Source of the DNA: Planctomycetaceae bacterium
GTDB lineage: Bacteria > Planctomycetota > Planctomycetia > Pirellulales > Pirellulaceae
Reading direction: 5' to 3'
Length of the DNA stretch: 64,000 nucleotides
Assembly (NCBI GenBank): GCA_002726515.1
Contig: PBTE01000181.1
Location: 11,174-75,173 of the forward strand
Below the pieces are notes generated by a model that ran no database searches, had not been told where the DNA came from, and saw only the letters and a list, made by a program, of their open reading frames with translations. The position numbers and the translations under genes are program-made. Below, one piece after another: positions 28,821-37,512 of the stretch (the first letter of the stretch is position 1; each line of letters begins with the position of its first letter).

Positions 28821-29027
28821 ATGCGAAACTGGATTTTCCAATCAGCTCTGGCCCTCTGTTTGTGGGCGCTTACTTTTTCCAGCGCCGTCGCTCAGTCTGG
28901 CGGTTCTTCCTCCCAGTCGGGGAGCTGGCTGTTGTGCTATACCCTCGTCATCCTGGGAATTGCTTTGGGTCTGCTGCCGATCTGCAAGCCCATCAAATGG
29001 AAAACGCCGGACGACGAAAACAAGTGA
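28821..29027 (+). CDS. hypothetical small membrane protein (68 aa)
   Basis: Signal-like 'IFQSALALCLWALTFSSAVA', a GGSSSQSG linker, a second hydrophobic helix and a basic tail. The region is open in all three forward frames, so this is weak. Confidence 0.3.
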   Translation: MRNWIFQSALALCLWALTFSSAVAQSGGSSSQSGSWLLCYTLVILGIALGLLPICKPIKWKTPDDENK

Positions 29028-29109
29028 GCTCATCTGAAGCCCATTTCCGGCAAATCTGGCTGTCAGAACTATTCCAAGGCTGATTGTCTGGCGAACCCGT
29101 CCCGCAATA

Positions 29110-30279
29110 TCAAGCGGCTTGAGTACCCCGTTGGGAACGGAAGAAATCCCCGATTTGTTCTACGACCGTCGTCTGTTCTCTTTTGCTCAGCTCGGGGAAG
29201 ATTGGCAAACTCAAAACTTCTCGCGACGCACGTTCAGTTTCCGGAAGACTTCCTTCCTGGTAGTCGAGCGTTTGAAAACATTTTTGCTGATGAAGTGGCA
29301 CCGGGTAGTAGATCTCGCTGCCAATTCCTTGTTGACTCAAGTATTCCCGTAGAGCATCTCGTTGTCCTGAAAGAATACGTATGGAGTACTGGTTCCAAAC
29401 GTGTTCCATAAAATCCGGATGGCTGGGAACGATGAGAACATCTTCCAGCGAAGCCTGTTGGAACAGCCGATGGTAACGGGCGGCGTTCTCCTGACGCTGA
29501 CGCGTCCATTCGGCAAGGTACGGCAGCTTGACGTTGAGGCCTGCAGCCTGCACCGAATCCAAGCGGCTGTTGATGCCTACAAACTGGTGATAGTAGCGGG
29601 GGTGCATTCCGTGACCCCGTAGCAGCTTCAATCGTTGCGCCAGTTCGTCGTTTGACGTGGTCATCATGCCGCCGTCACCGAAGCCACCCAGATTCTTGGT
29701 GGGATAAAAACTGAAGCATCCGACATCACCCAGACTGCCGGCCGGGCGATCCCGGTAGCGGGCTCCAATGGCCTGGGCGGCATCTTCGATAACCGCCATT
29801 CCATGCTGACTTGCCACACCGTGGATGGGATCCATGTCGGCACATTGACCAAACAAATGAACCGGAATAATGGCTTTGGTTGCCGGCGTGAGGGCTGCTT
29901 CGACAAGTTGTGGGTCCAAGTTAAAGGAATCGGGTTCGATATCAACAAAAACCGGCTTGGCACCCAAACGCCAGACTGCACTGGCAGTGGCAAAGAACGT
30001 GAAGCTGGGCACGATGACTTCATCCCCTGGCTGCACGTCGAAAGCCATCAAGGAGAGCAGGAGCGCGTCACTGCCCGATCCGCAGCCGACGGCATGCTTG
30101 GCATCGCAAACCCGGGCCACCGCCGATTCCAACTGGACAGAAGCGGGCCCGAGAACAAATTTTCCCGAATCAATCACCTCAGTCATTGCAGCTACAATCT
30201 CATCGTGTATCGGTTGATTGGACCGCGACACGTCCAGGAGTGGAACATTCTGTTTGTCCGAAATTTTTTCATTACCCAT
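29110..30279 (-). CDS. DegT/DnrJ/EryC1/StrS family PLP-dependent sugar aminotransferase
   Basis: Starts 'MGNEKISDKQNVPLLDVSRS...'. Motifs 'HAVGCGSGSDAL', 'EVIVPSFTFFATA', 'YPTKNLGGFGDGG' (PLP Lys) and 'INSRLDSVQAA'. The ORF extends to 30399. Confidence 0.85.
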   Translation of the reverse strand: MGNEKISDKQNVPLLDVSRSNQPIHDEIVAAMTEVIDSGKFVLGPASVQLESAVARVCDAKHAVGCGSGSDALLLSLMAFDVQPGDEVIVPSFTFFATASAVWRLGAKPVFVDIEPDSFNLDPQLVEAALTPATKAIIPVHLFGQCADMDPIHGVASQHGMAVIEDAAQAIGARYRDRPAGSLGDVGCFSFYPTKNLGGFGDGGMMTTSNDELAQRLKLLRGHGMHPRYYHQFVGINSRLDSVQAAGLNVKLPYLAEWTRQRQENAARYHRLFQQASLEDVLIVPSHPDFMEHVWNQYSIRILSGQRDALREYLSQQGIGSEIYYPVPLHQQKCFQTLDYQEGSLPETERASREVLSLPIFPELSKREQTTVVEQIGDFFRSQRGTQAA

Positions 30280-30577
30280 AACTTCCCCTGTAGCCAGAAA
30301 CCTCTTGCCTTCACGACCTATTGACGTTCTTGTGATGCTGACGAGTCTTGTGCCAATGGGCACTAACAGCCGGTGGGGCACGTCGAGGTTCGTCATCACA
30401 CTCGTCCAACCGATGCCCGCATCGCACCAGAGGGTATGCCAACGTAGAAACAGAGGTCAAGGTCGAGGTCGGCGAGCCGCTAGCAGCGGTGGCGTCGACC
30501 TAACGTCGCCCAACTTGACCTCGACCCTCTCCTCCATTACCGTACGGTGCTTTTTTTACTACACGATGACGTTTACT

Positions 30578-30621
30578 ATGCTAGAAACTCTCCGCTACTA
30601 TGCTAGAAACTCTCCGCCCTG
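30578..30621. repeat. 22-bp tandem direct duplication (ACTATGCTAGAAACTCTCCGC x2)
   Basis: Two adjacent copies differ at one base. They lie in the divergent intergenic region between the DegT gene and the pseudo-receiver gene and overlap the ORF-track ATG at 30600. Confidence 0.7.
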
Positions 30622-30668
30622 ACTGGAAACGACCTTCCGCAGCCCGTTGGGGCTGTCTGCCGCCTCGG

Positions 30669-31532
30669 ATGCGTGTACTGTTCATCACTGAGAGTCGACG
30701 GCGCGCCGGTTGGCTCAATGAAGCATTCGCTACGGACAGCGCCACTGAAATTCAATTGGAGGAAGCGACAAGCCAAGCCAATGGAATTGAACGAATACGC
30801 GACGGTCTTTTCGACGCGATTATCGTGAGCCACGAACCGGAACAATTGGACGCTTTCGAATTTTTAGGAGCCGTACGTGCCGGAAACGGGGAGCACCAGC
30901 CCACGCTGGTTCTGGGCGATTCGCCAGAACACGAAATGAGGGTTTTGAGCTATGAGGTGGGAGCAGGTGCTTATGTATGCATCAACCACACCTCCACGCG
31001 CGAATTGATGTGGCAGCTTGCGCGGGTGATTGAACACCACGAATTGATTGCCGAAAATCGGCGGCTCATGATGGAGCACAAACATCGCTTGCAACTTGAC
31101 CACGAAGAAGCAACCAGGCTGCTGGAACAACAGCACGAATTGGTCAAGAACCCGGAGACTCTCTACTCGCTCGGACGGACAGGACCGTCCCATCCCCGGA
31201 TCACACCATGTGCCGGGGCGCCCGTGCCCGATTCGCTCACTGCGCACTACAAAGAACTGTTGCAAACTTACGTCATCATGGGATCCGGGAACCTGAGCAG
31301 CCGGATCGAAATTTTTTCCTCCCAACTCGCCGACTTGGGGATCACTGCCCAACAAACCATGCAAATGCACCTGCAGGTTTTGGAGCAGGTGGCCAACCAG
31401 CTGAAATCCCGCAGTGCCCGGCACGTTGTCAATCGTGCCGATCTGCTCGTGCTTGATGTGCTGCTGCATCTGTGTGAAGAATACCAGCGGCTCTGGCGGG
31501 AAAATCTTCCGCTTGATTCGCAAGCCGCATAA
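30669..31532 (+). CDS. pseudo-receiver (REC-like) domain protein with C-terminal coiled-coil/helical domain
   Basis: Starts 'MRVLFITESRRR...FDAIIVSHEPEQLDAFEFLGAVR...PTLVLGDSPEHEMRVLSYEVGAGAYVC'. This is a receiver-fold alignment in which the phospho-acceptor Asp is replaced by Ser ('IVSHE'). The ORF frame opens at 30600 inside the tandem repeat. Confidence 0.5.
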   Translation: MRVLFITESRRRAGWLNEAFATDSATEIQLEEATSQANGIERIRDGLFDAIIVSHEPEQLDAFEFLGAVRAGNGEHQPTLVLGDSPEHEMRVLSYEVGAGAYVCINHTSTRELMWQLARVIEHHELIAENRRLMMEHKHRLQLDHEEATRLLEQQHELVKNPETLYSLGRTGPSHPRITPCAGAPVPDSLTAHYKELLQTYVIMGSGNLSSRIEIFSSQLADLGITAQQTMQMHLQVLEQVANQLKSRSARHVVNRADLLVLDVLLHLCEEYQRLWRENLPLDSQAA

Positions 31533-31898
31533 TCTCCGGATCGACAACTACAGACACGATCCACTGCTTTTGACAAGGTGCACGGTTTCCGAGAATTTGG
31601 ACGACCGATCTTGAGGTCCGATCCGCCACACGTATCCTGGATAAACTTCCGAATTTATGCCGTTCGGGGAGGAAAACAACCGGTGGTAATTTGTTTCAAC
31701 TTCCGTTGGGCTCCATCCTGAACTCCGGGCCGGCGATCTTTTACTCCCGAAATGACCACGTTCTGCGGTGGTGTCGCTTACCATTTCAACTCTGAAATTG
31801 TGTGGATTCTCCGTGAAGTTCGCAGTGTCGGGCCACCGCCTCTTGTCGCCCTCCAGAACGAAAGTTATCATGCGAGTTTGCTATTTTCGGGGTATCTC

Positions 31899-32456
31899 AT
31901 GCGTCACATTCTGTCAGCAGTGGTTCAAAATGTGCCCGGTGTGTTGGCTCACATCTCGGGTATGCTCGCCTCGCGCGGCTATAACATTGACTCGCTCGCT
32001 GTTGGCAAAACGGAGAATCCCGATCTTTCACGCATGACTTTTGTGGTCATGGGCAACCAGCGCGTCTTGGAACAAGTGCGCAAGCAGCTCGAAAAGATTG
32101 TAACCGTTGTGAAAGTACTGGATGTCAGCGGGCAAGATCATGTCGAACGCGATCTCATGTTGATTAAAGTCAAAGCCGCGCCGGGGGGAAAGCGGAGTGA
32201 GATTGTGGAATTGGCCGACATTTTTCGAGGACGCGTCGTGGATGTGGCGAGCCAGGAGCTGATGATTGAAATTTCGGGCCAAGAACACAAGATCGAAGCC
32301 TTTATCGACTTGGTACGACCCTACGGCATCCTGGAGCTCGTTCGCACGGGTCGGATTGCCATGGTTCGCAGCGATGCGCTCACTTCCGGGCAATCGCCAG
32401 ACCCTCAGAACCATGATGGGACGATCAGTGAAATCGAGGCGGCCGAGACAAAATAG
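31899..32456 (+). CDS. ilvN: acetolactate synthase small (regulatory) subunit
   Basis: ACT domain 'MRHILSAVVQNVPGVLAHISGMLASRGYNIDSLAVGKTENPDLSRMTFVV' and a C-terminal ALS_ss_C-like domain. The upstream part of the ORF (31752-31898) is not protein-like. Confidence 0.85.
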   Translation: MRHILSAVVQNVPGVLAHISGMLASRGYNIDSLAVGKTENPDLSRMTFVVMGNQRVLEQVRKQLEKIVTVVKVLDVSGQDHVERDLMLIKVKAAPGGKRSEIVELADIFRGRVVDVASQELMIEISGQEHKIEAFIDLVRPYGILELVRTGRIAMVRSDALTSGQSPDPQNHDGTISEIEAAETK

Positions 32457-32625
32457 CCACGTTGATTTGAAGGGTTGTTGCTCGGTCAATCCAGGGATGG
32501 TTCACCACATCAAATGGTTGTGGGAACAGCGAGGGGCTGAATCCGCACAAATTTCCGGCAGTTGCGAATCGAGTGATTGCCGCTAGCTACAGATTCCGTT
32601 TTATTTAAAAAGGATCGATAACAAA

Positions 32626-33630
32626 ATGACTGCTAAGATTTATTACGACAACGACGCTGACTTGGCTCGACTAAAAGACAAAACGATTGCCATTCTTGGT
32701 TACGGTTCACAGGGCCATGCCCAGGCTCAAAATCTGCGAGACAGCGGCTGCAATGTGGTCGTGGGACAAAGACCCGGAAGTGCCAATTACGATTTGGCGG
32801 TGAGTCACGGGTTTGAACCTGTCTCGGCCGCAGAAGCGAGCAAGCAGGGAGACCTGGTCAACATCCTCCTTCCGGACGAAGTCCAGGGGGACATCTATCG
32901 AGAACATATCAAGCCGCACCTTGTACCAGGCAACCTGTTGATGTGTTCCCACGGCTTCAATGTCCATTTTGGCCAGGTGGAGCCGCCAGAAGGAGTCACC
33001 TGCCTGCTCGTGGCGCCCAAAGGTCCGGGCCATCTGGTACGCAGTGAATTTGAACGGGGTGGAGGAGTCCCCTCCTTAATCGCTCTTAGCGACGAAACCG
33101 ACGAGGAAGCTCGCGCACTGGGCCTGGCCTACTCCAAGGGAATCGGCGGTACGCGAGGCGGAGTGATTGAAACCACTTTTGCGGAAGAGACGGAAACCGA
33201 CCTGTTTGGCGAACAAGCCGTCCTCTGCGGTGGAGTCAGTGAACTGGTCAAGGCGGCCTTCGAGACCCTGGTCGATGCCGGGTATCAACCCGAAATGGCC
33301 TATTTCGAGTGTATGCATGAACTCAAATTGATTGTCGATTTGTTCTACCAGGGTGGTTTGGGATACATGCGTTATAGTGTGTCGAACACTGCGGAATACG
33401 GCGATTACACCCGCGGACCTCGAATTATCAACGACGACACGCGGGCCGAAATGAAGAAAATCCTGCAGGAAGTACAGGCCGGCCATTTTGCCCGGGATTG
33501 GATCCTGGAAAATCGGGCCGGCGCGGCCTCCTTCAAGGCCACACGTCGCATGCAGAGAGAACATCCGATCGAAGAAGTCGGGCGTCGCCTGAGGCGTTTG
33601 ATGACCTGGATTGATTCCAAGGAAGTTTAA
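32626..33630 (+). CDS. ilvC: ketol-acid reductoisomerase
   Basis: '[23 protein letters not shown]' Rossmann motif. Also '[40 protein letters not shown]'. Confidence 0.95.
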   Translation: MTAKIYYDNDADLARLKDKTIAILGYGSQGHAQAQNLRDSGCNVVVGQRPGSANYDLAVSHGFEPVSAAEASKQGDLVNILLPDEVQGDIYREHIKPHLVPGNLLMCSHGFNVHFGQVEPPEGVTCLLVAPKGPGHLVRSEFERGGGVPSLIALSDETDEEARALGLAYSKGIGGTRGGVIETTFAEETETDLFGEQAVLCGGVSELVKAAFETLVDAGYQPEMAYFECMHELKLIVDLFYQGGLGYMRYSVSNTAEYGDYTRGPRIINDDTRAEMKKILQEVQAGHFARDWILENRAGAASFKATRRMQREHPIEEVGRRLRRLMTWIDSKEV

Positions 33631-33810
33631 GCGCCGCTGTGCCGGGAACCAACAAGCATGAATGAGCCGACGGACCAATGGCGAAGAACCCGGAAAATGA
33701 ATTGAAACACGGCAGCTGCGGCGGCGTGCAAACGCTGCCGGAGCGTTCCGTGTTGTAACCCTCCGTCTCCGTTAGCTTCATTTGGATTTTTTCGTTTCGA
33801 ATTTGACCCG

Positions 33811-34125
33811 TTGGACAAACGACACGATTTCCATCTCTATCGACGGTCCATGATGGCTTACGCAGAAACTCTCCAGGTTTTCGAACAGTTGCAGCACGGC
33901 GATGCCGTCGAACTAAAACACGAAGTCAAAGTCGGGTACCAGCGCTGGTACACGACCACCCGGGGCGTGGTCGTCAAGACGGAACGGCGGCGTCACGGAC
34001 TCCATCATCGCCGTCAGGCAGATGATAAGGTCTACAGCGACATCCTGGTTCTACGACGCGAAGACGGGGAACTCACGACCGTGACCCTGGACGAATTTTC
34101 AGACCTCCGCAAGTTGAGCGATTGA
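33811..34125 (+). CDS. hypothetical small charged protein (104 aa)
   Basis: No recognisable motif. Its stop overlaps the start of the next gene (TGAATG), which suggests translational coupling and supports it being a real gene. Confidence 0.4.
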   Translation: MDKRHDFHLYRRSMMAYAETLQVFEQLQHGDAVELKHEVKVGYQRWYTTTRGVVVKTERRRHGLHHRRQADDKVYSDILVLRREDGELTTVTLDEFSDLRKLSD

Positions 34126-34617
34126 ATGTCCAGTCGCTTCCGAACCCTGTGGCCGATTCTCCCTGTGGTGGCTCTGGTGGTCTGCTGGTGCAGTTTCCAG
34201 GTGGTCGGCTCCTGGAGGCATGGACCCTACCGCGGGTTGATTCTGGCAGCTTGCAGCCTGTTTTTTCTCGGCCTGTGGGCGATCGGGTTATTTCTGTTCG
34301 CCCGCCGGACCGGCAGGGAGACCGGTCAACTACAACCGGATGTGACTCGTTGGAACCGGACTTGCGTCACCAGCTTCGGACTTGCTCTGACGGGCACCGT
34401 TGGTGCCCTGCCCTGCCTGACAGGCTGGACTGTCGGTCCGGCTGCGGGCATTCGCCTCTGGCTGCTTGTCTCCCTGACCAGTCTGACCCTGGCCGTTCTG
34501 ACAGCGATCGTTGGACTCAGCAATCCCTTTGTTCGGCGAGGTAAACACCTGGGACTGGCGGCGCTGGTCCTCGTCGGGATCCTGCTGGTGGCCTCGTGTG
34601 CACGCTTGTTTGGCTGA
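34126..34617 (+). CDS. hypothetical polytopic membrane protein (4-5 TM helices)
   Basis: Hydrophobic segments 'LWPILPVVALVVCWC', 'LILAACSLFFLGLWAIGLFLF', 'CVTSFGLALTGTVGALPCL', 'LWLLVSLTSLTLAVLTAIVGL', 'LGLAALVLVGILLVA'. Confidence 0.5.
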   Translation: MSSRFRTLWPILPVVALVVCWCSFQVVGSWRHGPYRGLILAACSLFFLGLWAIGLFLFARRTGRETGQLQPDVTRWNRTCVTSFGLALTGTVGALPCLTGWTVGPAAGIRLWLLVSLTSLTLAVLTAIVGLSNPFVRRGKHLGLAALVLVGILLVASCARLFG

Positions 34618-34776
34618 ACGAACAACCCGTTTTGCGGCATCCGGCCTCGTGACAAGCCCATCAGACCTGCAGCCACTTCCGGGCCTGTCCCCGCCATGTG
34701 AAAAGGAGCTCTCGACGGAGCCACTGGCCGCTGTCGAGTGGCCCCTTCACTTCTAACTGCCGAATTCTCACCCAGC

Positions 34777-36372
34777 TCACTTCGGCGAGCTTGTACCGTC
34801 ATCGGCAGCAGCTACATCCACCGAAGAAGCTGGTCGATCTTCCCCGTTCGAATCACCACCCAGTTTCACCAGAGCTTCCGGCAGTTCGATTCCGCCAATG
34901 TCACGCATGACTTGCATCATGGGTGGCAACGTCTTGGCCATGCCGCTTAAAAAGTCGGCCGTGTTACTGCGACCGTTGGACCCGCCGTTTTCCCAGACAA
35001 CAACCTTGTCGAACTTGATGTTCGAAATCGCTTGCGCTGACGCGGCGGCCAGATTGTCCAGGTGCTCCAGCATCAAGATCTGGAAGGCCTCGTTGGATCC
35101 GCCACAGGCGTCGATGATGCGTTGCAGGCCTTCACCCTTTTTGGCCAGAATTTCAAACTGACCGCGCGCTTCGGCATCCAATCTTGCGAAAATGGCGTCC
35201 GCATCAGCCTTGGCATCGATACGCTTGCGGTCCGCTTCGGCTTCCGCTTCCACGATCACCCGTGCCTTTTCGGCTTTGGCCGGTGCTTCCAACTCGGCGC
35301 GCTTTTCTGCCTCGACCCGTTCAGCTTCGGCCAGGGCCGTTTTGGCCAGGGCCCGGTTCTGAACTTCCAGCACCGTCGCCTCGGCCTCCTTCTTGCGACT
35401 TTCGCCCAATTCGTAGGCCTGGGCCCGTTGTACGGCCAGGTCGGCCTGGGAATGTGCGACCTTAGCTTGAGACAGGTTTTCGCCCTCGATCGACGTCGCA
35501 TCGGCTTCGGCGACCGAAACACGCATCTGCCTTTCCGCCTCTTTCACCTCAGCCTGACGTTGGAACTCGGCACTCCGTTCACCGATCGTCTGCTCCTTAT
35601 CCATGTTCGCTACGCGAATGGACCTGTCACGCTCGGCCTCGCGGGTACCAATCGCCTGCTCCTTCTGCGCGTTGGCGACTTGGATCTCCTTGTCACGCTG
35701 GGCCGCGGCCACCCGAGTTTCACCCATTTTCTCGTTATCTGCCACGTCACCACGCGCCAACTGAATCGCTTCGGAGGCCGCCTTCTGGCCGATTGCGTCG
35801 ATGTATCCCGACTCGTCGGTAATGTCAGTGATGTTCACGTTGATCAGCACCAAACCCACCTTGTTCAGTTCCGGTTCCAAGGACGTTTGGATGTGGTTTA
35901 AAAATGTCTCGCGGTTGCGATTGATGTCTTCGATCTGCATCGAAGCGATCACCTGGCGTAGCTGGCCGAAAATGATTTCCTCGGCCTGCTTGCGAACTTC
36001 GCTGACCGACAAACCGAGCAAACGGATGGACGAGTTCTGCATCACGGCCGGCTCGGTTCCCACCGCCACGGTGAATACACTCGGCACGTTCACTCGAATG
36101 TTCTCGATTGACAACGCACCTCGCAAGGGAATTTCGATCTGGATCGGTTCCAGACTGAGAAATGCGTAGTCCTGAACCAGCGGAACCACAAATGCGGCAC
36201 CACCATGCACCGTGCGCGCCGCCCGTCCGCCTCCTGTCTTACCGTAGATGACCAACACGCGGTTACTGGGACAGCGCTTGTACTGTTTGGCGAGTATGAT
36301 CACAAATGTGAGGAAACCCATCACCGCCAAAATGATGCCGATGCCAATGATCATGGAGGTGGATTCAAACAT
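34777..36372 (-). CDS. flotillin-family SPFH/band-7 protein (YqiK/FloT-like)
   Basis: N-terminal TM 'IIGIGIILAVMGFLTFVIILA', an SPFH core, and a long Ala/Glu/Arg-rich coiled coil ('...AEAERVEAEKRAELEAPAKAEKARVIVEAEAEADRKRIDAKADADA'). ATG at 36372 with AGAGAGGA 8 nt upstream. The ORF frame opens with TTG at 36378. Confidence 0.9.
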   Translation of the reverse strand: MFESTSMIIGIGIILAVMGFLTFVIILAKQYKRCPSNRVLVIYGKTGGGRAARTVHGGAAFVVPLVQDYAFLSLEPIQIEIPLRGALSIENIRVNVPSVFTVAVGTEPAVMQNSSIRLLGLSVSEVRKQAEEIIFGQLRQVIASMQIEDINRNRETFLNHIQTSLEPELNKVGLVLINVNITDITDESGYIDAIGQKAASEAIQLARGDVADNEKMGETRVAAAQRDKEIQVANAQKEQAIGTREAERDRSIRVANMDKEQTIGERSAEFQRQAEVKEAERQMRVSVAEADATSIEGENLSQAKVAHSQADLAVQRAQAYELGESRKKEAEATVLEVQNRALAKTALAEAERVEAEKRAELEAPAKAEKARVIVEAEAEADRKRIDAKADADAIFARLDAEARGQFEILAKKGEGLQRIIDACGGSNEAFQILMLEHLDNLAAASAQAISNIKFDKVVVWENGGSNGRSNTADFLSGMAKTLPPMMQVMRDIGGIELPEALVKLGGDSNGEDRPASSVDVAAADDGTSSPK

Positions 36373-36479
36373 ATTCAAAATCCTCTCTTGCTAATAATTT
36401 TCTGATTTCTCGTTGTATGGAAAGGAAGTTCTTTCAGCAGAATCTCTGTTTGACCCATTCAAGCATGGACCGGGTGACT

Positions 36480-37103
36480 TCAGGCGCCGCTGGCGGGCGC
36501 TGACGGACTGGTCGTTTTGATCAGCTCGACTTCAACAGTCATGGGCGTCAAAATTCGCGATATAGTAACTCTAGCTCCCGCTGGGAGCTTGTCAGGCTCA
36601 CTGGTCATCGCTTTAAGCTCTACAAGCCGCCCCTGCAGTTTAACCTGAATTTTCCCTTCCCCCGCACGCTGGCCAGGAATCGGCAGGTACACACGGCCAC
36701 GCTTGCCCACCGATGCCTCAATCCTCAGGGACCCGTCCTGGTTCAGTTTGCTCAGGCTGCTAATGAGAAAATGCACTGCGAACATGGCTGCTCCGCCGGT
36801 CACGACGGCAATCCCCAACCCTGTCACCGGAAGCAGTGGGACCGATTGGCAGGCCCAGCCCGCAATCCCAAAGAATGTCAGGGCAGCCACGACGGTCTTG
36901 AACGAGATCACACTGAAGAGCCACGTCGATCCATGGCCAACCACTTGGTGAGAAGCAACATCCGAAAAGTCGAGATCAGGCGGCGCATCAACATCTGCGT
37001 CGAAATGGAGGTCGTCGCCGCCAATGCCAATGATGGTCAGGAGAAACTGCAGGACCAAAACCGTACCACCTACGGCCGCACACAACAAATAGAGGGTAAT
37101 CAT
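36480..37103 (-). CDS. NfeD-family membrane protein (flotillin-associated, YqiJ-like)
   Basis: Three N-terminal TM helices and a C-terminal OB-fold segment 'GKRGRVYLPIPGQRAGEGKIQVKLQGRLVELKA'. It sits immediately upstream of the flotillin gene (the classic nfeD-floT operon). GGGAGG lies 8 nt before the ATG. Confidence 0.8.
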   Translation of the reverse strand: MITLYLLCAAVGGTVLVLQFLLTIIGIGGDDLHFDADVDAPPDLDFSDVASHQVVGHGSTWLFSVISFKTVVAALTFFGIAGWACQSVPLLPVTGLGIAVVTGGAAMFAVHFLISSLSKLNQDGSLRIEASVGKRGRVYLPIPGQRAGEGKIQVKLQGRLVELKAMTSEPDKLPAGARVTISRILTPMTVEVELIKTTSPSAPASGA

Positions 37104-37512
37104 CGTAGAAACCTCCCGCCCACTTTTGGTTAACTTTTATCTCGTTCACCCGTGTATTCGTCGCTGCCGGTCAAATATTGTCCGGAAAACGACCGTATCA
37201 TGGTCCACAACGGGCCCTAAGTCAAATTACGAAGCCCCTTTCCCGGCGGCCAAGTCCCGTCCGGTGAACCTTTTCCCGGTACCCGCTGGCCAGCCTGTGT
37301 AAAAAAATAGTTTGTTTCCACTCCACTGTTCCAGCAGGCTTTTCTTCCGGGTCGTGAGGGCCGGTCCGGTTTTCCGCCTCCTGCGAAATCAGAGAAGCCA
37401 GAGCGGCGGAAATTCACAGAGCCGGGGCCCGCTTTTCAAGCGGCAATCTTGCACTGCCCCGATTGGAACGACCAACCATGAAGGTCCCTGCGGAACGGAC
37501 AGCCGCGCAGCA

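Noticed and set aside
31548-31871. 107-aa minus-strand ORF in the ilvN upstream region
   Set aside because: No ribosome-binding site and no motifs. It overlaps the likely ilvN promoter/5' region. Probably spurious.
35062-35901. 279-aa plus-strand ORF
   Set aside because: Antisense to the flotillin coiled-coil region. The translation is Gly/Arg/Leu-rich and low-complexity.
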